Origin: Deltaproteobacteria bacterium | Lineage (GTDB): Bacteria > Desulfobacterota > Desulfuromonadia > Geobacterales > Geobacteraceae | NCBI GenBank assembly: GCA_021810985.1 | Contig: JAJZQA010000001.1 | Span: 1-27,054 of the forward strand | Direction: 5' to 3' | Length of the DNA: 27,054 bases | Part shown: in pieces, positions 1 through 7,656 of the stretch | How positions within the stretch are numbered: position 1 is the first letter of the stretch | How the letters are laid out: each line of letters begins with the position of its first letter | Notes under the pieces: model-generated | What the model saw: only the letters and a program-made list of their open reading frames with translations | Told to the model about the DNA's origin: nothing | The model's database searches: none | Position numbers and translations under genes: made by a program

Positions 1-4
1 GTAG

Positions 5-898
5 GCCCTGCGGCCCAATGATTCCTGCATCGTCGGTATCGGGGTCCGCTTCGACCAGGGGCAGTTTGATCTGGCATCCGAGGTATACCAGGACTACAAT
101 TACGCCACGGGCAACTACTCTGCCGACCGGGAGTCGATTTTCGTCGACAAAACCTATAATTACGTTAGCCCCCGTGTCGGTGCGGTATACAAGATCAATG
201 ACATTTACAGCGTCTACGGCACCATTTCAACCGGTTTCCAGACCCCCCAGTCTTCGGAGTTGAGCACCAGCCAGGGGCTCGATCCCTCTACGACAATCAA
301 CTATGAAACCGGCGCCCGGGCCCGTTTCGAGGGCGGACACAGCATCGACCTGTCCCTGTTTTACATGGACGTTTCCGATGAGGTCGTGCAGACCTATCTG
401 CCAGGTGGCGAATCCTCCTACAGCAATGCCGGTTCCACTACTAAAAAGGGCATAGAACTTTCCGCCAAAGCCCAGGTGCTGCCCGGTCTCTATCTGGGCG
501 GTGCCTATACCTTCAGCGACTTCCACTTCGACACTTTCCAGGAGCCGATAAACGGCACGCTCCATAACCGTGACGGCAATTATCTCCCCTATATTCCCCG
601 GCACCAGTACAGCATGTACGGCTACTACAAGCATCCGTGCGGCTTCAAGGCCAAGCTCGAGACGTACAGTTGGGGCAAGTACTACGTGGACAACGCCAAT
701 TCCGAGCTGTATCACGGCTATGACTTCCTGACCAACCTGATGGTCGGCTATGAGCGCGGTAACTGGGACATCACCTTCGATGTCAACAATATCATCGACC
801 AGAAGTATGCCATAGAAGTCACGAAAGATACTGCGACCACACGCTATCGACCCGGCGCACCGATCAACTTCTTCGGCAAGATTACCTACACATTCTGA
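5..898 (+). CDS. TonB-dependent outer-membrane receptor, C-terminal beta-barrel part (5'-partial; in-frame TAG at 2-4, so possibly a pseudogene fragment)
   Basis: Frame 2 is open from 5 to TGA at 896-898, well upstream of the ORF-track start at 260. It reads ALRPNDSCIVGIGVRFDQ...VSPRVGAVYKIN...ISTGFQTP...INYETGAR...FDVNNIIDQKY...PGAPINFFGKITYTF, with typical TBDR barrel motifs and a C-terminal Phe. A TonB gene lies in the same operon. Confidence 0.9.
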   Translation, partial: ALRPNDSCIVGIGVRFDQGQFDLASEVYQDYNYATGNYSADRESIFVDKTYNYVSPRVGAVYKINDIYSVYGTISTGFQTPQSSELSTSQGLDPSTTINYETGARARFEGGHSIDLSLFYMDVSDEVVQTYLPGGESSYSNAGSTTKKGIELSAKAQVLPGLYLGGAYTFSDFHFDTFQEPINGTLHNRDGNYLPYIPRHQYSMYGYYKHPCGFKAKLETYSWGKYYVDNANSELYHGYDFLTNLMVGYERGNWDITFDVNNIIDQKYAIEVTKDTATTRYRPGAPINFFGKITYTF

Positions 899-908
899 GG
901 TGATGATC

Positions 909-1502
909 ATGAAATTTTCGACTATTGCCCTCTTTAGTCTGTCTGTCGTCATCAGTGCCGTTGCCGCGCATTATCGCTTCCATGATTCCGCCCATGCCAT
1001 CGGAATGCTGAAGATCGGTGGTGGCACGGCACGCCACCCGGCTGTGCTCGACAAGGAGCGTGACTCCCATGTGCTGATTGCCACCGCCGGCGTCGTTCCT
1101 CCGTTCCGCGGCAATGCACGGGTGGTCCTCGAGGGCGGGCGGGGACTTTCGGCTACGTTCCATAATGCCGAACCGGCGGTCAACCTCGGTTTACATCACC
1201 GGCCCGAATTTCGTGGTGACACCTATTACGACCTTCGACCGAAGGACCGGATCGCACTCTGGGTCAGGATCACGCGGAATGACAAACTTGAAAGCATCTC
1301 CAGTCAGATCGGCGCGTCTGTTCCCGCAGGGGCGGACGCCTTGACTGACTGTCCGCAACACCCGGCAGGGAGCGGCCTGCCGGCAGGGAAAAACAGAAGC
1401 GCAGGGCCGGCGCTGGCCTTCTACGATACCGCGACGAACGACCGGCTTCTCGGCATTCCGCTCAGATTCGTCGCATCGGGAGGTGCCAGCCATGGCCGTT
1501 GA
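909..1502 (+). CDS. Exported or membrane-anchored His-rich protein of unknown function
   Basis: ORF 900..1502. ATG 909 was chosen because GAGGTG lies at 897-902. N-terminal hydrophobic segment FSTIALFSLSVVISAVAA. The stop overlaps the next start, as expected within an operon. Confidence 0.8.
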   Translation: MKFSTIALFSLSVVISAVAAHYRFHDSAHAIGMLKIGGGTARHPAVLDKERDSHVLIATAGVVPPFRGNARVVLEGGRGLSATFHNAEPAVNLGLHHRPEFRGDTYYDLRPKDRIALWVRITRNDKLESISSQIGASVPAGADALTDCPQHPAGSGLPAGKNRSAGPALAFYDTATNDRLLGIPLRFVASGGASHGR

Positions 1503-2325
1503 GGAAAAGAACAAAGCAGTCCTTTCGCGGGGCAGAACCCTGATCATGGTTCTGTCACTGGTGCTGTTTCTGCCGCCCCTGGCGGTGATCTTTCAGGCTT
1601 CCTCCAGTGACATCGACTTCTGCGGCACCTGGTGCCCGCGGATGTTTTTTGCCGTGCGCCAGGGAGCCGGCCTGGGTGAAATCGCCGGTGGTATCATGCG
1701 CAGCTACCTGGGGGTGGCATTGGTTGCCGGAGTGCTCGTCAGCACCTTCTTTTTCGGACGCTACTGGTGCAGTCATTTTTGTCCCATCGGCGGTGCGGGA
1801 GAGCTGGGGAGCAAATTGACGCCGGCAAAAATGAAGCTCGATTATTCTTCCATACCCGCCGCGCCGGTGCGCTACGGATATCTCCTGGTCTATTGTGCCG
1901 CACCCTTGCTGGGGCTCGGCAGCCTTTGCTGCAGCTACTGCAATTTCGCCGCGGTTCCCAGCCTCTTCGGCGCGGCATTTGTCTCGGCTGACCTGGATTA
2001 TTTTCTCCGGTTTTACGGTATCATTAACCTTGTGTTGTTTCTCCTGTTGGCCGTTCTGGCGCGCGGAGGCAGGGCCTACTGCAATTTTCTCTGCCCGATA
2101 GGAGCGCTGGATGCGCTCTCAGCAAGGTTCGGACAGGGGATCGGCCGACGGGTGAGGGTTACGGCCGAGCGCTGCACGGCATGCGGCTCCTGCCGTGAGG
2201 TCTGCCCGACCTGGGCAATCAGCCTGGAATCGACGGCAAAAGTCGACCAATTATCTTGCTTTCCCTGCCGCAAGTGCGAGAAAGTATGCCCGGAAGGAGC
2301 GATACGATATGGCAAAGCGAAGTAA
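1492..2325 (+). CDS. NapH/MauN-like 4Fe-4S-binding integral membrane protein (polyferredoxin)
   Basis: GGAGG at 1479-1483 precedes ATG 1492. Several TM segments; CxxxCP motifs CGTWCP, CSHFCP and CNFLCP (the last two in GRYWC/GRAYC context); C-terminal 2x[4Fe-4S] motifs CTACGSCREVCP and CFPCRKCEKVCP. Confidence 0.88.
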   Translation: MAVEEKNKAVLSRGRTLIMVLSLVLFLPPLAVIFQASSSDIDFCGTWCPRMFFAVRQGAGLGEIAGGIMRSYLGVALVAGVLVSTFFFGRYWCSHFCPIGGAGELGSKLTPAKMKLDYSSIPAAPVRYGYLLVYCAAPLLGLGSLCCSYCNFAAVPSLFGAAFVSADLDYFLRFYGIINLVLFLLLAVLARGGRAYCNFLCPIGALDALSARFGQGIGRRVRVTAERCTACGSCREVCPTWAISLESTAKVDQLSCFPCRKCEKVCPEGAIRYGKAK

Positions 2326-2518
2326 ATCGATTGCCTATGGTGTTGTCGGTACCTGCGGTGGTATGGCAACCCTGGTATCGGCGGCCGGTCCCTGTGCAAC
2401 GGGAGAGTGCTCCGCCTGCTTCCGCTGTTTCGGCATGGGTATAATTCTGGTGGCTCTGGCACTTTTTCAACGGATGAGAAGGGGCGAAACGGATGGATTG
2501 GCTCACGACCGGAAATAA
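2309..2518 (+). CDS. Small Cys-rich membrane protein (69 aa)
   Basis: Internal ATG of track ORF 2195..2518, with AGGAG at 2295-2299. It overlaps both neighbours. MAKRSKSIAYGVVGTCGGMATLVSAAGPCATGECSACFRCFGMGIILVALALFQRMRR... has two hydrophobic stretches flanking C-x4-C-x2-C-x2-C. Confidence 0.7.
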   Translation: MAKRSKSIAYGVVGTCGGMATLVSAAGPCATGECSACFRCFGMGIILVALALFQRMRRGETDGLAHDRK

Positions 2519-3344
2519 TCAGCAGGGCGCGGGATCTCCGCTGGTCAGGGGCGGGCACTGTTGGTCGGCCTGCGCGCCTACGTCCCTGTCTGATCCGGCC
2601 GCTTTGCCGGGGAGGCGGGCCAGGCGTGATTTGACAAAGTGGCTTGGTCTTTCCCTCGGGTTGCATCTGGCTGTGCTGGGGTTTCTGGCGTTGTTTGCCA
2701 CCCTGCCGCCCAAGAACATCCGTCCGGTTGTTATCGACCTCACGCTGGCCGATTTTCCGGCAACGGTTGCACGACAGCCGGCGAAGCGGGAGTCGCCTCG
2801 TGCCGCAGCCCGCGTTTCGGTACCTGAGGATCGGAAGCAGGCGCTGAAGCGGGAGCCGGCAGCAAAGGTGAAACAGCCAGTGGTTCCTGCCGCTGAACCG
2901 CGTCTGCCGCCAGCCCTGCCGGTCGACCAGAAAATCGTGCCGGATGCCGGCAAGGCTCCCGGAGTGTCGACCGGCGGCACGGAACGGGTTGCCCGTGGAG
3001 ACACCCACCCGTCACCAGCGGTGTCCTCGGCTGGCAACAAGCAGGCTTCGGCCGGAAATGAAAGTCAGCGTTACCTGGCCGAACATTTCAGGTACATAGG
3101 CGACCTGGTGAGGAAACATCTGGTCTATCCCGCAATGGCGCAAAAGATGGGCTGGGGCGGCAAGGTGGTGGTGTCGTTTGTCATTATGGAAAACGGCTCT
3201 GCCGGCAACATTCATTTGGTGGAGAGCAGCGGTATTCCGCTGTTGGATAGAAGCGCGCTGGAGACGATCAGAAGGGCCTCTCCATTTCCCCGTCCGCCGG
3301 TCAAGGCCGAAATTGTCATTCCGGTCCAGTTCAAACTGCGCTGA
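2493..3344 (+). CDS. tonB: Energy transducer TonB
   Basis: TM anchor with S-x3-H (SLGLH), a Pro/Ala/Lys-rich spacer, and a TonB C-terminal domain (VYPAMAQKMGWGGKVVVSFVI...SSGIPLLDRSALETIRRASPFP...IPVQFKL). Confidence 0.92.
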   Translation: MDWLTTGNNQQGAGSPLVRGGHCWSACAPTSLSDPAALPGRRARRDLTKWLGLSLGLHLAVLGFLALFATLPPKNIRPVVIDLTLADFPATVARQPAKRESPRAAARVSVPEDRKQALKREPAAKVKQPVVPAAEPRLPPALPVDQKIVPDAGKAPGVSTGGTERVARGDTHPSPAVSSAGNKQASAGNESQRYLAEHFRYIGDLVRKHLVYPAMAQKMGWGGKVVVSFVIMENGSAGNIHLVESSGIPLLDRSALETIRRASPFPRPPVKAEIVIPVQFKLR

Positions 3345-3544
3345 ACCGTTGCGGATCTATCGATGGCGGAAAGATGCGAGTTGTCTCGCCGGCGCGTTGT
3401 CACAGGAATCGTCATAACGGTTGAGGTCGCTTTATCGCTGGAATTGCGACATTTTCCAATCAGCTGTTCGGCTAACAGCCGAAATCCAGGTAAACGCCGC
3501 CGGAATTTACCGGAACTATTGCCGGAAATGCAGCGGAGCGCGTG

Positions 3545-3573
3545 TTGACAATTCCCCTTGCCCCGTTTACCCT
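3545..3573 (+). promoter_or_regulatory. Putative sigma70 promoter for the NosL-family gene
   Basis: TTGACA (3545-3550), 17-nt spacer, TACCCT (3568-3573; fits TAnnnT). RBS AAGGAG at 3615-3620 and ATG at 3629. Confidence 0.6.
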
Positions 3574-3581
3574 TAAAAAAC

Positions 3582-3601
3582 AATCCCCCTTATGGGGGAT
3601 T
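3582..3601. promoter_or_regulatory. Perfect C/G-tract palindrome, candidate repressor operator or 5'-UTR hairpin
   Basis: AATCCCCC-ttat-GGGGGATT, 8 bp downstream of the predicted -10 box. Confidence 0.55.
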
Positions 3602-3628
3602 TGAAAAACAACAGAAGGAGATTTTATA

Positions 3629-4201
3629 ATGAAAAAGATTTTGTCCGGTTTTTCAGGCTTGGTGCTTCTCCTGGGTGTAGCCTTTTCTGCCATCGGCGCG
3701 CAACATAAACCATGTTGCGGCATGCCGGCCGCGCCAGCGGCGGTGGCGGCCCCTGCGGCCGGCAATGACGTCAAGACCTATGCTGAGTGCAAATATTGCG
3801 GAATGAACCGGGAAAAGTTCGCCTTCAGCAGAGTCCTTATCGAATATGACGACGGTACCGTCATGGGGTTGTGCAGTATTCACTGTGCTGCTGTCGATCT
3901 GGCAAATAACCTGGACCGGGCCCCGAAATCCATCAAGGTAGGGGATTATAACTCCCGGGAACTCATCGATGCCGAAAAAGCCTTCTGGGTGATGGGTGGC
4001 GCAAAGCAGGGTGTCATGACAAGGCAGCCCAAGTGGGCTTTTGCGAAAGAAGATGATGCGAAAAAATTCATCAAGGAAAACGGCGGAACCCTGGTAACGT
4101 TCGATCAGGCCATGAAAGCGGCCTATGATGATATGTTTCAGGATACCAAGATGCTCCGTGAAAAGCGGAAAATGATGCGGATGAAGATGGAGAAAAAATA
4201 A
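3629..4201 (+). CDS. nosL: NosL-family metal (Cu)-binding exported protein
   Basis: Signal peptide; CKYCGM and CSIHC motifs; IDAEKAFWVMG...GVMT...WAFAKEDDAKKFIKENGG matches the NosL family pattern. Confidence 0.8.
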   Translation: MKKILSGFSGLVLLLGVAFSAIGAQHKPCCGMPAAPAAVAAPAAGNDVKTYAECKYCGMNREKFAFSRVLIEYDDGTVMGLCSIHCAAVDLANNLDRAPKSIKVGDYNSRELIDAEKAFWVMGGAKQGVMTRQPKWAFAKEDDAKKFIKENGGTLVTFDQAMKAAYDDMFQDTKMLREKRKMMRMKMEKK

Positions 4202-4239
4202 AGAGCCGAACCTGCGCGTTTACCGGGGGGACTGATACC

Positions 4240-4290
4240 CTGCCGCTCTTTGCATCTGGTCTGAATAGCGGCAGTACAATTTTGTTGTTT
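4240..4290 (+). terminator. Possible intrinsic terminator after nosL
   Basis: CTGCCGCT (4240-4247) and AGCGGCAG (4267-4274) form an inverted repeat followed by a T-rich tract. The 19-nt loop is long, so this is a weak call. Confidence 0.3.
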
Positions 4291-4425
4291 TAGCTAATTG
4301 CCTTCTGGCATATTTCTCGATGGCAGTCTATTCTTACCTGTCGCTACCGTTTTCGGTCGGCCGTATCTGAACCCTCCGCGGGATCCGATGCCTGCCTGAT
4401 TCCTCCATACGGCAAAGAGTCTTCT

Positions 4426-5634
4426 ATGGCAATGTACGTCTTAAAACTAGGAGCGCCTGACGGGAAGATTCTCACCAGGGAGTACGAAGCGACAGAGCCG
4501 GCCGATTTGCGCAGAGAGCTGGAAGAGCAAGGATACCACATTTTCGAACTGCGCAAGCGGCCGGTACGGGGTTTTCTCAGGAGAGGCTTCGGCCGCGGCA
4601 AGGTAAAAAGTCGAGACCTGCTGCTCTTCAATCAGGAAATGCTGGTGTTGATCAGGGCCGGGTTACCGATTATTCAGGTGATTGACACGGTTCTCGGGCA
4701 GTATGAAAGTGGTCCGCTCAGCGCGGCCTTGAAACAGGTGCGGGAAGATGTAAAAGGCGGAGCCGCTCTCTCAGCTGCCCTGGAAAGACATCGTCAGGTC
4801 TTTCCGCCACTGTATACCGCATCCATACGGGCGGGAGAAAGAACCGGGGACCTTCCCGTTACCATCCAACGGTATATCGGTTATCTCCGGAAAATGGAGA
4901 GCGTGCGCAAAAAAATTATTTCTGCCTTGCTCTACCCCGCGATTCTTGTTGTCGTATCCATTTTCGCCATCAGCCTGCTCCTGTTCTATGTCATTCCGAT
5001 TCTCAGTACTGTCTTTTCCGAGTCCGGGTCGCAATTGCCGTTGCTCACCCGGATGATGATATCGTTTGCATCCCTTGTCAGGAGCTGGTCTCTGGTCGGC
5101 ATCCTTGCGGCAATTCCGCTCATCATTGCCTTCCGCTTCTGGGCTTCCGGCGAGACGGGACGTTATCTGGTTGACCGCTTCAAGCTTAAAATACCGTATA
5201 TTGGCGCGGTTATCATGGATTACTCCCTGACGAATTTTGTTCGCACCCTTGCCAACCTTCTGGGCGGAGGCATTCCGATCGTTGAAGCATTGCACATGTC
5301 AATGGGAACGCTGAACAATACCTATATGGAAAAACGCCTTGCGGGAGGCATCAAATCCATTGAAGAAGGGGGGCGTATTTCGGCCGCCTTCGAAAAGACC
5401 GGCATCATGCCGCCCCTTGCCATTCGCATGCTGCTGGTCGGGGAATCCACCGGAGCTCTTGAAGAGATGCTGGTTGGCATTTCAGAGTACCTTGAAGAGA
5501 CTCTGGAGGAACGGCTCCACCTTCTTACCTCCGCTTTCGAACCAATTATCATGATCGTGATGGGTCTGGTCATCGGGGTGATAATTATCGCCATGTACCT
5601 GCCGATCTTCAAAATTGCCGGAACGGTCGGCTAG
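4426..5634 (+). CDS. gspF: Type II secretion/type IV pilus inner-membrane platform protein (GspF/PilC family)
   Basis: Two T2SSF repeats: LIRAGLPI...IRAGERTGDL...ALLYPAIL and LLGGGIPIVEAL...VGESTGALEEML...EPIIMIVMGLVIGVIIIAMYLPIF. Confidence 0.93.
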   Translation: MAMYVLKLGAPDGKILTREYEATEPADLRRELEEQGYHIFELRKRPVRGFLRRGFGRGKVKSRDLLLFNQEMLVLIRAGLPIIQVIDTVLGQYESGPLSAALKQVREDVKGGAALSAALERHRQVFPPLYTASIRAGERTGDLPVTIQRYIGYLRKMESVRKKIISALLYPAILVVVSIFAISLLLFYVIPILSTVFSESGSQLPLLTRMMISFASLVRSWSLVGILAAIPLIIAFRFWASGETGRYLVDRFKLKIPYIGAVIMDYSLTNFVRTLANLLGGGIPIVEALHMSMGTLNNTYMEKRLAGGIKSIEEGGRISAAFEKTGIMPPLAIRMLLVGESTGALEEMLVGISEYLEETLEERLHLLTSAFEPIIMIVMGLVIGVIIIAMYLPIFKIAGTVG

Positions 5635-5651
5635 CAGAGGATACCTGGACA

Positions 5652-6575
5652 ATGTTTTCAAGGAAATCGCTCGGAGTTTCAGTTTCATCGTCGGCCGTGG
5701 CCTTTGCACGGGTGGGCGGTTCGCCGTCAGCGCCTCTTCTGGAGTCGGTTTCCAGCCGGCCCCTGTCGCCCGGCACCTTGCGCCCTTCGCTGCGGGACCT
5801 GAATGTTCTGAACCCGCAGGGATTCGTCATCGCTCTGCAGGAGGCGCGCAATTCCCTTTTCTGCCGGGGAAAATATGTTTCCGTTTCCCTGCCGGATGCC
5901 AGCGGACGTGTTATGATGTTCGATATGGAAGAGCGCTTTAAAAACCGTTCGGAAGGGCTCGAAATCCTGCGTTGGAAACTGAAGAAAAAACTTCCCTTTG
6001 ATGCGGCTGAGGCGCATCTTGATTTTCAGCAGGTTGGTACGCGGGAAAACGGCGACAGCGTGGTGCTGGTGGTGGTGGCGTACCGGCCGGTCATCGCCCA
6101 ATATGAGGAACTGCTCGCCGCCGCTGGTCTTATTCCGGCAGGGATTGATCTCAACTGTTTCAATCTCAACCGGGTATTCGAACGACGGCTGGCAAAGTCT
6201 GAATCTTACGCCTTTCTGACTCATTTCGATTCTTATCTGGGGATCATGTTCATTGCCGGAGGAAAGTTGGAATTCATCCGGTTCAGGGAACTGGCCGGAG
6301 ATGACGCGGAGTTCAATTCCGTTCATCAGGAAATCAGGCGTTCGTTCCTGTCGTACAAGTCGAAATCTCCGGAAGGAGAGATCAAGAACGTATTCTGCCT
6401 CGCACCGCCGCGGTTGGCTAGCGATTTTTGCGGGATCGCGCGAGATGCGATTGGTATTGAAGCGGTTCTCCTCGATCCAAAATCTGCTCTCGAAATCCGG
6501 GGAAAGGATTTTTCCGTCCCTGATCCGTTATTTCCCTTTATCTCGGCCATCGGAACGGCTTTACGGGCTCTGTGA
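5652..6575 (+). CDS. pilM: PilM-like cytoplasmic assembly protein
   Basis: LGVSVSSSAVAFA start, VSVSLPD, ILRWKLKKKLPFDAAEAHLDF and IAQYEELLAAAGLIPAGID match the PilM/actin-like pattern. It is first in an M-N-O-P-secretin array. Confidence 0.75.
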   Translation: MFSRKSLGVSVSSSAVAFARVGGSPSAPLLESVSSRPLSPGTLRPSLRDLNVLNPQGFVIALQEARNSLFCRGKYVSVSLPDASGRVMMFDMEERFKNRSEGLEILRWKLKKKLPFDAAEAHLDFQQVGTRENGDSVVLVVVAYRPVIAQYEELLAAAGLIPAGIDLNCFNLNRVFERRLAKSESYAFLTHFDSYLGIMFIAGGKLEFIRFRELAGDDAEFNSVHQEIRRSFLSYKSKSPEGEIKNVFCLAPPRLASDFCGIARDAIGIEAVLLDPKSALEIRGKDFSVPDPLFPFISAIGTALRAL

Positions 6576-7114
6576 TGCGATTTACCATTAATCTGGCAAC
6601 CAGAACAATTCTTGATCAGCGGCGGATCGACCGCGCCTGTCTGGTCGCGGTCGTTGTGTTGGCGTTCCTGCTGGCGGCGAATATACTGCTGTTTTCCTGG
6701 AATTTTGGAAAGCTGCGGCGTCTCGACGCGGAAACCAGCGAGATGAAGAAACAGTTGACACGGCCTCTACCGAAGATTCCCGAAAAAGAGCAAAACCTGA
6801 TAGTGGCGGACATAACTTTTTACAACGAGATCATCAAACGCAAGACATACGGCTGGCTTGGTTTCCTGGAAAAGCTGGAAGCAGCTACGCCGAATGGCAT
6901 CTCGCTCACCCTCCTCTCGCCAAACAAGGAAAAAGGCAGCCTGTCTCTCGAAGGTTGGGCACGCAATTTCAAGGCGATCGAAGAGTATTTGACACTGCTG
7001 GAGGACTCGGAAAATTTTTATGACGTTCTCCTGCTGTCTCATGAAAAAGAAGAATTATGGGAGCAGGCCAAGGGTGTCAGGTTTTCCCTTTCCTGCCGGG
7101 TGAGAGAGCAATGA
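6575..7114 (+). CDS. pilN: PilN-like protein
   Basis: MRFTINLA start, single TM, coiled coil, then WLGFLEKLEAATPNGISLTLL...LSLEGWARNFKAIEEYLTLLE, a PilN-type ferredoxin-like fold signature. Confidence 0.75.
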   Translation: MRFTINLATRTILDQRRIDRACLVAVVVLAFLLAANILLFSWNFGKLRRLDAETSEMKKQLTRPLPKIPEKEQNLIVADITFYNEIIKRKTYGWLGFLEKLEAATPNGISLTLLSPNKEKGSLSLEGWARNFKAIEEYLTLLEDSENFYDVLLLSHEKEELWEQAKGVRFSLSCRVREQ

Positions 7115-7656
7115 GACCGTCTCTAAAGGCATTATATGAACGAAAAAAGCCTTGGCTGCTGGTGATCGTGTTGTTGCTGCTCCTCAACATCAGCGCTATC
7201 GTTGTTCTACTGTTCTTCCAGCAGCCGCTGCTCAAGCAGAAGAAAGAGCTCGTGACGGAGCAACGTCAAGGCCTCGCTGCGCTGGAACGCGGGGATGCAA
7301 ACACCCTGTATCGAAAAGGTAAGGCCGATATGGAAAAATTGCAGGGGATGATTCCGCTCAAACGGCAATTTGCCCCACTCCTGGCGGATATCATGGCTGA
7401 TGCCGCGGAATGCCATGTTTCCAGTGACGCACTTACCTATAAACCGGAATATCTCAGTCAAAAGAAGATGCTGGTCTACCATGTTTCACTCTCGGTGAGC
7501 GGGCGATACGCGGATATTCGCTGTTATCTCTACAAAATGCAGACCAGGAAAGAGCTCGTGGTTATTGATTCCGTGATGCTGAAAAGCGAGGATCCCTACG
7601 TGGAAAAGGTCTCCATGGATCTCAAGTTGACGACCTATCTGAGGGACGGCGCATGA
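7111..7656 (+). CDS. pilO: PilO-like (GspM-like) protein
   Basis: ATGA overlap at 7111-7114. Single TM plus coiled coil; LSVSGRYADIRCYLYKMQTRKELVVIDSV matches the PilO pattern. Confidence 0.72.
   Translation: MRPSLKALYERKKPWLLVIVLLLLLNISAIVVLLFFQQPLLKQKKELVTEQRQGLAALERGDANTLYRKGKADMEKLQGMIPLKRQFAPLLADIMADAAECHVSSDALTYKPEYLSQKKMLVYHVSLSVSGRYADIRCYLYKMQTRKELVVIDSVMLKSEDPYVEKVSMDLKLTTYLRDGA

Noticed and set aside
2076-3008. 310-aa minus-strand ORF across tonB, and 227..952 opposite the TBDR
   Set aside because: Overlap strongly supported plus-strand genes; Arg/Gly/Pro-rich or motif-free translation.
3399-3415. GTCAC...GTCAT direct repeat resembling a Pho/OmpR box
   Set aside because: Spacing is 12 rather than 11 bp, and there are only two short half-sites.
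3363-3548. 61-aa ORF in the tonB-nosL intergenic region
   Set aside because: No clear RBS, no recognisable motif, and it runs into the predicted -35 box.
4306-4320. Sigma54 promoter upstream of gspF (TGGCAT...)
   Set aside because: The -12 position reads TCGA rather than TTGC.
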